A stretch of 62,848 nt of DNA, the filler included, from Octopus bimaculoides (Eukaryota): NCBI RefSeq assembly GCF_001194135.2. It is 6 parts of 5 records of this genome, joined end to end, with 100 filler letters (N's around TTAATTAATTAA, not from the genome) between each part and the next. Parts side by side here need not be neighbours in the genome. Positions count along the whole stretch, not along the records: positions 24,007 to 38,030 come from NC_068984.1; 5 more parts are not named here. One strand, 5' to 3'. Position 1 is the stretch's first letter, and each line of letters starts with the position of its first letter. A program made the position numbers and the translations under genes. Of this stretch, positions 24,270 through 36,779 are shown one piece after another. The notes beneath the pieces were generated by a model that saw only the letters and a list, made by a program, of their open reading frames with translations, had not been told where the DNA came from and ran no database searches.

Positions 24270-26740
24270 TCATTTTACTCGACTCTACGTCTGTCCGCCA
24301 CAAATATTGGAATCGTAAAATCACTAGAAAACCGTTAAAAGCACATAAAATATGTGCAGTAAATGTAAAGACACACACCATAAAGTAGTGTAACTTAGTG
24401 AACTAACTCATGAAATCAGCTGTATTGTCTTATTTATCGGTCTTTCGGAGCTCATATTGCGCTGTAATTCTAATATCTACCGTTAGACGTCGTTGTCACT
24501 CGAGATTCCTGAGATTGTGTTAAATACAGATTTGTTGACATCTGTTTATCGGCTACCTTCTCATTCTCATTCATTTGTGACTTTATTTTTTACCTCCATG
24601 GCTCCTAAGAAAATTCATAGTGAAACTGCTAAGCGTCATGCTATAACACTGGAAGATAAACTTGCTATAATAAACGCCATGAAAAAGGTGAAAAGTGGTA
24701 GCAATTGCACGATCTTTTGGGATGAGTCAGACGACTATATTGGCAATTGTACATAATAAGGACAAAATTTTAACACATATCAGATCTGAAGCTTCAGGAA
24801 TGAAGAACACTGTCATCAATAAGAAAAGAGGCAAAATCTTTGAAGAAATGGGAAATTTTCTGTCTCTTTGGGTTCTTAGGTTGAATCGTCAGCGTGCTAC
24901 TATCAGTCAAAAAATTATTCAAGAGAAAGCGTTGTCTTTGTTTGAGGACCTGAAGAAAAAATATCCAGATAAGAACGATGTTCAGTTCAAGGCAAGTCAA
25001 GGATGGTTCATGAGATTTAAGGAGCGAATAAGTTATCACTCCATTAAGAAGCAAAGTGAAAGTGCATCAGCTGACGAACAAGCAGCAGCGGAATTTCCTA
25101 ATGCATTAAAGAAAATCATCGAAGAAAACGGGTTTCTTCCCGAACAGATTTTTAACGTAGACGAAGCTAGATTGTATTGGAAAAAATTGTCAGACCGTTC
25201 TTTCATTTCCAAGGAGGAGAAAACTATTCCAGGCTACAAGGTCTCAAAAGAACGTGTGTTGGGATGTAATTGTGCAGGAGATTTTCAGTTAAAGCCATTG
25301 CTTGTGTATCATGCACACAACCCCCGTGCCCTGAAGAAGGCATCTCGCCCTGTTTTATGGATGACTAATTCAAAAGCATTGGTTACTGTTGTTGTTTTTG
25401 AAGATTGGTTCTTCAATTATTTTATCCCAGCAGAAGAGAAGTACTGTAAGGAGAAAGGGGTCATGAAACTTTTGCTCCTTATAATGAAATCCTATACTTA
25501 TTTTAGATAATGCTCCTGGCCACCCGCAAAACATCGTAGATTTTGACCCCAACGTTACCGTCGTATACATCCCTCTTCTGCACCCAATGGATCAGGGAAT
25601 AATTGCTCATCCCTCTTCTGCAGCCAATGGATCAGGGAATAATTGCTATCTTCAAGCGTTACTATANNNNNNNNNNTGCAGCCAATGGATCAGGGAATAA
25701 TTGCTATCTTCAAGCGTTACTATATGAAGCGTACGCTGCGGCAAGCAATAGCTGCAACTCATCTTGATGAGTCCATCACACTGCCTGACTTTTGGAAGCG
25801 ATACGATATCCACAAGGCAGTACAGTTGGTGACTACGAGCAAAGAACTGGAAATGGATTTTGAGGAGGAAGATTTCACAGATATATTTGAAAAAGAGAAG
25901 CAGCTCTTGACGAACGAGCTTCACTAGCAGCAAAATAAAGAAGAGAAAGTCGAACCTGATCCATGTCACTTTACCATTAAGAAAATACAGCAAGTATTTG
26001 CATATATTGAAAACGGTCTTTCTATGTTCGAGAATATGGATCCAAATGCCCGACACTTTTCCAAGATTATGGGGGCTTGTCATGAAACTTTTGCTCCTTA
26101 TAATGAAATCCTTGAGGAGAAGAAGAAGAAGAAGAAGAAGAAGAAGAAGAAGAAGAAGAAGAAGAAGAAGAAGAAGAAGAAGAAGAAGAAGAAGAAGAAG
26201 AAGAAGAAGATAGTTCAAGGAACTTTCAACCAGTTTTTTAAGCGCATCGAAGAACAAGAACAGCCAGAGTCAGCTGTTGACGCTGACGATCCACAGCCAT
26301 CTACATCCGCGATGTAAACCACCATATTGTATGTATGTACTAATGAATTTAAAATAGTTTAGTTTTTTTTTTTTACTATTGCAAAATAATAATAATTACT
26401 GAATTTGTTTTTAAGCTTAAAAAAGGCTTTTATTTTACCCCGTCTTATTGCAAACCACATTCATGAATAAAGCGTCCGCGATGTACAGTAAACACCGCCA
26501 AATTGTATTCGTAAATTTAGATTACATTTTTTTACTTAAAAAATAACATATTATTTGTTTGTAAGCTTAAAATAGGTTTTTATTAACTATGTATTATTGA
26601 AAATGCATTCATAAATAAAGTACAGAACGAGGAATGGTTATTATCAGTTTAGCCTAAAGACAAGTAAATTTGACAAGTTAATTCGACTTAAGTCGTGTCT
26701 CCTGGAACCAATTAACGACATAAGGTGAGATATGCCCGTG
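24270..26740 (+). mobile_element. Near full-length Tigger/pogo DNA transposon (TIGD1-like transposase pseudogene)
   Basis: MAPKK..ITLEDKLAII (CENP-B HTH), ASQGWFMRFK, QIFNVDEARLYWKK, KPLLVYHAHNPRALK, LDNAPGHP, QPMDQGIIAIFKRYY. There is a frameshift near 24690 and a TIR-like 3' end with cgacttaagtcg. Confidence 0.92.
26295..26625 (+). repeat. Two diverged ~165-bp direct repeats in the Tigger 3' region
   Basis: tccgcgatgta...taagcttaaaa.aggc/ttttatt...cattcatg/aaataaag occurs twice. Confidence 0.65.
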
Positions 26741-26741
26741 T

Positions 26742-26814
<73 letters not shown>

Positions 26815-27529
26815 TGCGCGCGCGTGTAACACAGATAGAGCAGAGGTATCAAGTGTCAATAAAGCAAAGACAATATGTCCACTTAATAGATAGTGAAGTA
26901 GGCTCTAACACACTTAATGTGACTAGCACGATAACTTTAATTATTGAAAACCAAATATGTATGGAGACGAGTTAAAGATAGTTGAACAATGCTCGAAGAC
27001 AAAGGTGACAACTCAAAAATAAAAAAATAAATTTCAAATGTTTTGACGTACTCGAATCCTTGTCAATAAAATGTGGAAACAGACAATATAGTAAGAGGAA
27101 ATATAATCTGATATTTCGTACACACTCTAGTGTTTGATTATTTTAAACGATTTTGTTCAATTGCTGAAATAACAAATGGATACACAAGGCATATTTCCCT
27201 GGCGTTCACATGCACCTGATATATGATATACATCACCTTGGAACTGATGTAAGGAAAGCTTTATATTACTCACAACGTATGAAGCAAGACCTAATTAAAA
27301 GACTGAAAGCAAGCATGGTCGTTTAGGAGAAAATTGTGAAACTGCTTTGGACAGGTAAAGGGCGAAAGAGAAAGATTATTCAACCAGGTACATGTCAAAA
27401 GTTGTCACCGTGGTACACGGGAATAAAGTTGCAAGAAATAGGTCACGTTCCATTTAAATATTACTAATAACAGTTACAGTAATTAAACAGATATGTTCAG
27501 TCGTTTATGAACTGATAATACTTCGGTCA

Positions 27530-27633
27530 TCCCAGGCTAGAGTAGAAGACACTTGTCCAAGGTGCCGCGTAGTAGGACTGAACCCGGAACCATGTGGTTG
27601 GGAAGCAAGCTTCTTACCACACAGCCACACCTG
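27530..27633 (-). mobile_element. SINE family B head
   Basis: agaagacacttgtccaaggtgccgcgtagtaggactgaacccggaaccatgtggttgg. Confidence 0.85.
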
Positions 27634-27639
27634 GAGGAG

Positions 27640-28195
27640 GAGGGTTAGGTGAAGAGGGAGGAGAGTTGAGCCCATGTGTCGCAAAGGAGCGAAGAGAGAA
27701 GATTAATCCTTGTTCACGGCGAAGATGGCCCCAGTGCAAGAACAATCCGAACACAGACAGGTGTTGTAAAGAATGACTGGTAGAGCGGAAATGGCGCGAA
27801 ACCGGGGTGTCGTTGCCGAGTCGGATGTCTCGGAGGTGTTCCGCGAACCGGTCAGCCAACCGGCGTCCCGTTTGACCGATGTATAGAGAAGGATAGAGAG
27901 AGCAGGAGATGTAGTAGATGACGTTGCTAGAAGTGCAGGTGAAGGAGTCAGTGATGTGATAGGGTCAATGATGGGTGTCTGTGAGGAGGGTGGTGTTGGA
28001 GAGGTGATGGCAAGTGCGACAGCATGGGCGGGAGGAGGAGAACGAGCCGGATTGGGAGGTTGGATTAGGGAAGAAGCTGTGGACCAAGAGGTCTCGTGGG
28101 AGGGAGTGGGTCGGTTAGGGAAGATATGCGAAGTGGAAGGGTCGGACTGGAGTCGCCGGAAGGCACAGAGAAAGGTACGTTGGAGAGGTAGGGTG
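27640..28195 (-). mobile_element. Penelope-like element C-terminal (linker + GIY-YIG) fragment
   Basis: FRRLQSDPSTSHIF..SFTCTSSNVIYYISCSLYPSLYIGQTGRRLADRFAEHLRDI..PVSRHF. Confidence 0.9.
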
Positions 28196-28359
28196 NNNNN
28201 NNNNNNNNNNNNNNNNNNNNNNNNNNNNNNNNNNNNNNNNNNNNNNNNNNNNNNNNNNNNNNNNNNNNNNNNNNNNNNNNNNNNNNNNNNNNNNNNNNNN
28301 NNNNNNNNNNNNNNNNNNNNNNNNNNNNNNAGAGAGAGAGAGAGAGAGAGAGACATTCA

Positions 28360-28560
28360 CAGCCTTTTTAACATCAAGGCCTGAAATTTGATGGTAGGTG
28401 ATAGTCGATTATATTGACTAGTACTTGCTTGGCATTATTTTATCGGTCCTTCAATGAGGAAAAGCAAAGTTGATTTCGGCAGGATCAGAACATAGAATGT
28501 AAAGATCCGCATGGCATTTTCCGGTGCTCTAACGATTCGGCTAAATCGACAATCATAGCG
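28360..28560 (-). mobile_element. SINE family A, diverged
   Basis: aaggcctgaaattt...aaagcaaagttgatttcggcaggatc...ctctaacgattcggc. Confidence 0.75.
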
Positions 28561-28884
28561 ATTGCAAAATAATGGTTTCAAAAAAGGATGCTTTGACAAT
28601 AGCTGAGTGTTCCTCACTCAAGGTGGTTTCTACAATACATCCCGACACCAACCAAGGGTATTTCTGTGTCCCCGCTCTCAGAAGGATTATCGTCACATAT
28701 GCTGTTTGACCCAAAGCTGGGACCCTGACAGATGTTACTACTCCGAGTCAGAATAGACCTGGGAACAACAGTGATTGAGAGGTGGTTCCACACTCCTCAA
28801 GATCTAGAAACAGAGCCCCAAAATTGGATACATACATACACACATACATACACATTGACATACATGCATACACACATACATACA

Positions 28885-28918
<34 letters not shown>

Positions 28919-28930
28919 CATACATACATA

Positions 28931-29262
28931 GACTAAAGATCAGCGAAAAAGAAAATACCTGCGCTCAACTATTGAGGAATTTGCAGTTACTCTATCCAGA
29001 TTACAAGTTCAGGTTTATGCCTGTAATTATTGGGGCACTGGGATATGTAAGGCACTGCCTAAATACCAATCTTGAGAAACTAGGCTTCTCAAAGCCAGAA
29101 AGGAGAAAGCTGATTCGAAGGTTACAGTTTCAAGCCATCACTGGGACTGTAAAAATCTGTAAAACTTTCCAGAAGTTTATCATTTAAATATATATATGAG
29201 CATGTCTAGATATACAACTATATGCATGAAAATACATACATAAAACAAAACATACAAATCTG
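28931..29262 (+). mobile_element. 5'-truncated RLE-type (R4/Dong-like) LINE 3' end flanked by (CATA)n
   Basis: KISEKENTCAQLLRNLQLLYPDYKFRFMPVIIGALGYV..LQFQAITGTVKICKTF* fits the restriction-like endonuclease tail pattern EK..KY..L..PV.IGALG..LQ.A..GT.KI. Confidence 0.8.
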
Positions 29263-29899
29263 CACACATACATACATACATACATACATACATACATACA
29301 TACATAGTAAACACTCGATTTTGTAGACTAACAGAAGGGGAAATTTGCTCGTTAAAGCAGAAATCATATTAAATAGGAAGTTAAGTAGACTAATAGTGTG
29401 GTGTGTGTCTATTAATACTGAAATCTTTTACATCAAAGGTAACCTAGGAGTTATTTTGCATTCTTTTTTTATATAAAAAAAATAGCTTTAATGCACAACT
29501 GTACAATATAAACTTATAATAAAGAATATGTCGTTTTTTGTTTATCTTTTTAAAGTATAGTTGGAGGATTTCACCGCATCCATATTGTTTATACAGTAGT
29601 GTTTATTCAATGTTTGAAGGTAACTATTCTGAAACTGGCACAAGTGGAGGTAATGGTGACGCGTGTTTGTAGACAGTTATCGGATACAGGCTGCTAGAAG
29701 TGAAATTAAAAGCGTGAGTCTAAACCAATCATAGGAAAACTGTGGCCCACAAGACTTTCTGAATGAAAAACTACCTTGAACTTTTTTTAGTATCGTAGCC
29801 TGCGAGCTGATGAGTCATATCCTGTGCGGTCCGCTTTTTGAAAAAGCAACCCGTGTCTGCCCTAAACTGTCGAATATGTTCCATATAAGGTACACATTA

Positions 29900-30515
29900 G
29901 GAGATGATATCCCTATGTGTTGGATTACAGTATCCATGAGATTCTTCATTTTGAACAGAGTTTGTGATGTTGGTATAGCTTCCCCTTCTTCATGGTCTTC
30001 TGTTTCTCGTGTATCTTATACAGAACATTACCCACAATTTCTTCATCGGTGAGGACTTGTGAGCCAGAATAATCTTCATCAATTTCAAACTATTCTTGAA
30101 CATCAGCTTTAGCTGTTTCTCTTTTGCCAATATTTGCAAAGTTGCGCTTAAAGGTATTTCAAAATCTAAATCATAGTCAACATTATTCAGCAACTTCTTC
30201 CCAGCTTCTACAAGGTTAAAAAGTGTAGGCTTAATGTTTTAAGCTCGTAGTTTCTGAAGTAGCTTAACCTCATTATATTTTCCACCTCTTCATCCTCCGG
30301 TACAACCGTTATTTCTTCCAAAAAATTCTTCTAATACGGCTTCTTGCTGGCAACTGTTTCATAGTCCACTGGTCGAGTAACTGAAGTGTTAACAGAGTAA
30401 AAAAAAAATTAATTCTGTCATCTTTACTTACTAAATTCACAGCATTATGGTAAGCATGGGTGTTGTCAAGCATCAGCAGAGTCATTACATTAGGTAGAAA
30501 AACAGTTCCCATCAA
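29900..30515 (-). mobile_element. Degraded pogo/Tigger transposase C-terminal fragment
   Basis: LLMLDNTHAYH..DQ (LDNAPAH, QPMDQ-like) and VLTDEEIVGNV followed by an acidic tail. Confidence 0.7.
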
Positions 30516-32271
30516 GAACTAAGTCGTTGAGGAACCAAGGACAATAAAATCTCTGAAGTAAATCTTTCCTTTTTAATGATATTTTTTTAATATTTTCATT
30601 GCGTTAAGACATTAAACAAAACTCTATTATTTTTTAATAAATTCCATTATATAAATTATATTTTGTCATCGGCTTATATTGTCATTGTGGTATATTATCA
30701 TATTAATAAGCTATTGTTATTTTATAAGCAGCTTAAAATATTATTTGTTTAATTACTTCAGCTATTATGGTGTTTAAACGAAATGCGATAATCTTTCCAG
30801 TGACTGTGTGTCTCAAACTAAATTGCAACATTTTTGTCACTTTTCCTACGACTTATTTCTATTTACCAATATCTTATTCATTACTCATATGATAATTGAA
30901 TAGAAGTGACCCTCGTCTACATATTGCAATTCAAATGGGGCAATGATTTAGACAAAAGATCGGCAATGAATGAACTAATCAAAAAGCATTGGTGGAATTA
31001 GTAAAAAAAAAAAAAAGAATAAAGCATAAGACTAATAATCCACAACCTATAATCTCTATTACATGTTGTTGCTGCTGCTGCTACTGTTGTTAATGATAAT
31101 GATCTTCTTGTTGTTGTTGTTGTTCAGTTCCAAGTCAGTCCTGAAAGAGCAGGGCTATATTCAAGAGCGTTCCGGATGTGACTACACCTTTTTGTTGTTT
31201 TTTTCATGTGGTATGAATCCAAGATCATATTATCCGATGCGTCATTTCCCGGTGAATACAGCACAATATTATTTGAAGGAGTTTTAGTAGTTAGTCCTTG
31301 CAAGTCTAGCAATAGCATTGACCAAACATGGGACACATGGATACCGAAGTTTCATGCGACCCTCATGACTATTTTGATGATGTGTAAAATGTCATGACTC
31401 TATAAGCATAACTAAAATGTTTAGCGTAATTTTCAAGTCCAAATCTGTTAATTTGAACCGTTCTCTTCCTTTCTCTTTCTCTCTTCCATTCACTTTCTCT
31501 TGATCAACGTGTTATGCTTTACGAAGTGTAAATTTATGGAGTACATTGTGCTACATACAATGTTTAACTTATGATCAGCGATATTTCAGAAGATTAACGT
31601 GTTAGAAAACCTTATCTATGCTTTGAATCTCTTCTATTGTCTCTCTATCACATGTTAACCTGAATTGTTAGAACTACATCTTTGTAGTATCGTCTGAAGG
31701 GGTGTACACACTGGGCAGTTGCTTAGGAACCCCCAGATCTAGGGAGGTCCAGTGCTAATTTATGTATGCTTTGGTTGTGTATGTCGAGATGCAGTGCATT
31801 GCTTTCCCCAACGACCTATAAAGACTATTACACCTATCAAATGTTTCACACTTATAAACATAATATCTCAGTGTAGATGTTGAAATCATATATCGGGTCC
31901 AGATCTAAACTCTGAAATAAATATACTCCATCAACTTTGTCCCCTTCAACAATAAAAAGATACAATCATTACAAATAAGAACGCAATATCGCTACCCACC
32001 CTGCTTAATATGAACATCATGGAACTATCGTTTCAAATGCTAAACTTCACCTTCTTTACTGAGCATCAACCTATCCTGAGAACGCATATTCTTAACAAAA
32101 CTGTATATCAAAGCTAGGCCTTCCTCTTCGGAGCTAGAAAATATTACAGCCTCTTCCCCCAACAACTACGAACCTTCTACAAGATTCAAATGAGACTCCC
32201 TTCTCACCGTAGTGAAATACTGCTTTCACATTTAGGACGGTGCTACTGCTACACACATATACACTTATATA

Positions 32272-32750
32272 TTGTGTTGAGTCAAAAGTCTTGCAATATT
32301 TTGCTAACTTATTTGCTTTATTCGTCGAGTTACAACAAAATCAGCCGAGCATTCAAAGAGGAGACCATCATGTTGCACCGCCTGAAGCTATCTTTCTGCC
32401 AGTTCTTTGGTCCCACACTGATACCAGCTCTTGTCCTTCGAGGCGAAGAACTTCTTCACTGAAGCTTCCACCTCCTTTTGGTTGATGCGGCATCGCGAGC
32501 GCAGGCAGTGAGCCATGGATCGAAACAAGTAATAATCCGAGGGAGATATTTTTCCGTAATCCTAACGTGCATAAGCAGTGGTTAAACAAGGGCCTGCTTC
32601 AAGAAACTGTTGCCAAGCATGAGCGTTTGGAACACTAAAGTGATGCTCTGCATGTGGTGGAATTATGAGGGGATAATCCACTATGAGTTCGTTCCGGACG
32701 GTCGAACCATCGATGCCAACCCGTATTGAAAAACTTTTGACTCAACACAA
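32272..32750. mobile_element. Non-autonomous mariner (479 bp) with both TIRs and internally inverted transposase pieces
   Basis: TA-ttgtgttgagtcaaaagtcttgcaata ... tattgaaaaacttttgactcaacacaa-TA. The minus strand encodes YLFRSMAH..KKFFASKDKSWY; the plus strand encodes KVMLCMWWNYEGIIHYEF. Confidence 0.9.
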
Positions 32751-33194
32751 TACTATCCCGTATCCAAAGAAAACGCATCCAACAGTTTAGCGAGAAGTCG
32801 TTCACAATTATACCTCAACTACAAGCTGACAGATTCATTTTTTTCCTCTTGTTACCTTCTCTGTTGCGGCTACAATGGCTACTGTTCCTCAGGTCTGGAT
32901 GGCCATGTCCCGCTTTCACTTAGATATCCCTAAATCATTCGTCACTTATCTTCTCGCCACCCTTTTTGTGCCCAACTCCCAACTGATTGCCAGGCATCGA
33001 ACAAACAACATCTTTTTTTTATTATATCACTTTTACTTTATTAACTTGAATGGTATACTTATTTCAACTTAACAGAAAGTAAATCAGGATTGACAAGTAA
33101 ATATGTACACGACGATCTAGTTTAAAATTGTAAATATGGAAATAAAGTAACATCTAAACATTCAATTGTTAAAACTATGTTGTAGGAAAGCTTT

Positions 33195-33390
33195 TACTGG
33201 CAGAATAGTTAACACATTGGACAAAATGCTTAGCAGCATTTCTTCCAGATTTACGTTCTGAGTTAAAATTCTGACGAGGTCGACTTTGCTTTTCATCATT
33301 TCAGGGTCGATAAATTAGAAGTACCAGTCGTGCAATATGGTTGGTGTGATCAACTAGCCCCACTCGCCCAAAATTTTAGGCCTTGTGCCT
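33195..33390 (+). mobile_element. SINE family A, diverged
   Basis: ctggcagaatagttaacac...gttctgagttaaaattc...gtcgactttgcttttcatc...aaattttaggccttgtgcc. Confidence 0.8.
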
Positions 33391-33393
33391 GTA

Positions 33394-33667
33394 TGACGTG
33401 TGTTCAAAAAATATCCGACAATATTTTTTGTCTGCCAAAACTAATGCTGCATGGACAAAATCCTTTACGTGGGAGGTGACTTCACCTTTCTTGCGCATGC
33501 ATAAAAACTTTTCGCGTCGGTAGACTGCGTCAGTTCCCGGCTGTTATACCTAGAGTGCAGACATATAGTGCGTGCTTGTTGGATTTTCGTCTGTACTCTA
33601 GGTGTAACAGCCGGGAGCTGAGGCAGCCTACCAGCGCAAAAATTTTCGTGTATGCGTAGAAAGGGTG
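33394..33667. mobile_element. Mariner-type foldback MITE remnant with an ~80-bp internal inverted repeat
   Basis: TA followed by tgacgtgtgttcaaaaaatatccgac (mariner-like terminus). Arms at 33483-33562 and 33589-33667. Confidence 0.6.
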
Positions 33668-34150
33668 GGTAGGACTGATTGAGAAGTGTCTTAAACGAAT
33701 CAGGAACTCCAGACCTTACGTCTCTGGAAGGACAAGGTTCAGCATTGTGGAGGGGAGATATCAGATGGAAGAGAAAACCAGTAACACGTTAAAGAGTGAC
33801 AAACTGGTTCTCATACTGATTTTCGTTGGCCAGAGAGTGGTAAAATTAAGGTAGTTGATATGCCACCAGAAAAAAAGATATCTGCTCGCTAATAACGACT
33901 GTTTTGCTCGAGATAGAAGGAAAACGAGTATATTGCAAGTACACACGCTGCAGAATAAAAACTGGTCGGGAACAGGAAGTGAGCTATTAATCCAAACAAA
34001 TGAAGAAAGCATAGAAATAATTCCAGATTGGATTGCAACTGTTTGAAGCGGTTGAGGGTAGAAAGTTAAAGTGTCACATATGCAGTAAAAGGCTTTCTAT
34101 TCAAAGATACCCGTCATAAGATGGATAACACTGTAGTATGTTTATAAATT

Positions 34151-34552
34151 GTGGAGGCGCAATGGTCCAGTGGTTAGAGCAGCGGACTCGCGGTCATAGA
34201 ATCGCGGTTTCGATTCCCAGACCGGGCGTTGTGAGTGTTTATTGAGCGAAAACATCTAAAGCTCCACGAGGCTCCGGCAGGGGATTGTGGCGAACCCTGC
34301 TGTACTCTTTCACCACAACTTTCTCTTACTTCCTGTTTCTGTTTCTGTTGTGCCTGTAATTCAAAGGGTCAGCCTTGTCACACTGTGTCACGCTGAATAT
34401 CCCCGAGAACTACGTTAAGGGTACACGTGTCTGTGGAGTGCTCAGCCACTTGCACGTTAATTTCACGAGTAGGCTGTTCTGTTGATCAGATCAACTGGAA
34501 CCCTCGACGTCGTAAGCGACGGAGTGCCAACAACAACAACAACAACAACAAC
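34151..34552 (+). mobile_element. Intact tRNA-derived SINE family E with a (CAA)n tail and a 13-bp TSD
   Basis: Head ggaggcgcaatggtccagtggttagagc...gtttcgattccc. TSD atgtttataaatt at 34138-34150 and 34553-34565. Confidence 0.95.
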
Positions 34553-35469
34553 ATGTTTATAAATTATACAAATGAAACATTCTTTCTCGCAGCGAGTTTA
34601 TGAGGTTGTTGCGCTTCATAAATCAAGCCGCACCTCTAAAAAATAGTTTAACAAATATCTTATGCAGCACACTTTCATTGGTTGATAATTCAGGGAATTG
34701 GCCAGTTCCACTAAGTCTTGATCGAGAGAAAGCGCGAATCAGTGAGACAGAGAAAGAAATGGAACTGTTCGAATTTAATAGAGTCAGAACCGAAAGATTA
34801 GGTGACAAAATTTTAGCAAAAAGTTCTTATCTATCTTTACGTCATTACCGTGTGATAAAAAAAAAGTGGGAAGCGTCTATATTTATATCTTGTAGCCTAG
34901 CGCTGAGACAAAATACAGTCGCTAAAATACTTACCAGATTTTAAAATAAATACTGGGATTGACATAGTTGATAAAAACCGTTCAAGGCGGTATCTGAGCA
35001 TGACCACAATACTGTGACTGAAAAAAGTATGTGTAATCATAACATTACGCATATGACTCTAAAAGTCATAAAGGGCAGCGTGCAGCCTCAGTAATGCAGA
35101 TTGGCCATGACCGGCTATAAATAAGTCTTGTAAACATTTTAAGATGTAAAATATTTAGGAGAGGTTTATAGAACATGTACTCCTTATACGGTAATTAAGA
35201 ACATTTTTTTTTATTTTCCAAGGTATTAAAGATAAATTATAATTTTTATTTTCCAAGGTATCAAGTAGAGATTATAATTTTGGACAAAGGAATATGAGGG
35301 CAAAGTTACAAATTAACACGAAGCGGCTCAGTTTAAAACTAGACAGTTTTGTATTTATTTGTATTTGGGCACTGAATAGTGGTAGAAAGTGATTCTTACA
35401 ATTTTCACTTAAATATTTATTCTTTGATTTATCCCTGAAGCAAAAGAGTTTAAACGGGGATGGTGCACG

Positions 35470-36715
35470 ACTGTTGTCTGGCGGTCCAAAAAGTGACAAA
35501 GAAACTAAATTAGAAGTTTTATGGAGATCTGACGTTGGACAGGAAGTTGTACATATTGGAAATGCTTTCGATCTTCAACCAATAACTGTACGAGTAATTT
35601 GCAATAATGCCGAAGAAAATTAAAGCTTGTTTTCAAAGTTTAACATCTTTAGCTGCTACAAAATTAAATAAGAATAGAAGCAACATAATGGAAATATGGA
35701 AACACTTGTTAACATATTTATAGAGAGTAGAGATCAGCATGCCGCACAAATGAGAGTTTAAAGTATATTTGATAACTTAAAGAAAACAGTATTCTAGAAA
35801 TAAAAGTGAAAACTTTGTCGCTAGTCCTTTTTATTTAAGTGTTTCGCGAATAGCTCAAAATTGCATCACGTGCAGATAACAGGAGAATCTACAAGCTCCG
35901 ACAAAGAAACTGCATCTGCCTATCCAGCTTTACTGAAATATATTCTTGACGAAGGAGAATACATACTGGCTAATTTGTAGACAATACAAGCTAGTTTTGG
36001 AAAAGAATACCAAAATAAAATTATATTTCTAACAAAAATTGGCACCTTAATTCAAGACTACCAAAGACTGCATGACTTTTCTGTTTGATGGTAATACTTC
36101 AGGATAACTAAAGCTGAAACCACTGCTTGTTATTCATTCCGCGTTGCTAGTATCTATGAAAGGTTATTCAATTTCTACAAAAAGAGGGAGATCACAGGAA
36201 TGCTGTTTCAAGATTGGTTTACTCCGTGTGTCTGTAGAGGAATATTATTTGGCCACAGCCCAGCCTTACCTCTTGTGAACAATAGTCCATGTCACCTTTC
36301 TAACCTAGATGAATTTGACAGACGATATTCAAGTATCTTTCTTGCCTCCAAACATAACCAGCTTGATCCAACCTACGCACCAGGAGTGTGGGTCACTATA
36401 TTCAAAGACTACTTTCTATGACGCACTTTTAAGCAATTGATGATATCGTTGGTAAAACTAAAGCAAGAGTAAAGGAATTTTGGGTGGCGACATAGCGACG
36501 AGAAAATACTGCGATGTATATTGTCTGAAATCTGTCCAAACAACATTGCAGATTACCTGGGAAATAAAGAGACAACACAAAATATTCACCAGGTGACTGT
36601 TAAGATGACATTCCAGATTGGATTAAATGAAATAGATTAATAAAACGAGTGGAGTTATTTGAATCTCATGGTGAAGAAATATTGGACAAGGAACTCATGG
36701 AGATGGAACAGTACT
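35470..36715 (+). mobile_element. Older, heavily degraded Tigger transposase fossil
   Basis: ETKLEVLWRSDVGQEVVHIGNAF (HTH), ITGESTSSDKETA, LKLKPLLV, FQDWF, FLPPNITSLIQP, ESHGEEILDKELMEMEQ. Confidence 0.85.
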
Positions 36716-36779
36716 GTGTGGAAGTGTGGGGTTGTGGAACCACCACGAAAGATTTGTCTGAGGCTGTCCAGTTGTTTAT

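Noticed and set aside
25568-25720. Triplicated cagccaatggatcagggaataattgct
   Set aside because: It flanks a small gap and is most likely a contig-end overlap artefact.
34151-34225. tRNA-like sequences (also 17840-17906 and 19316-19387)
   Set aside because: They are SINE heads without a complete cloverleaf.
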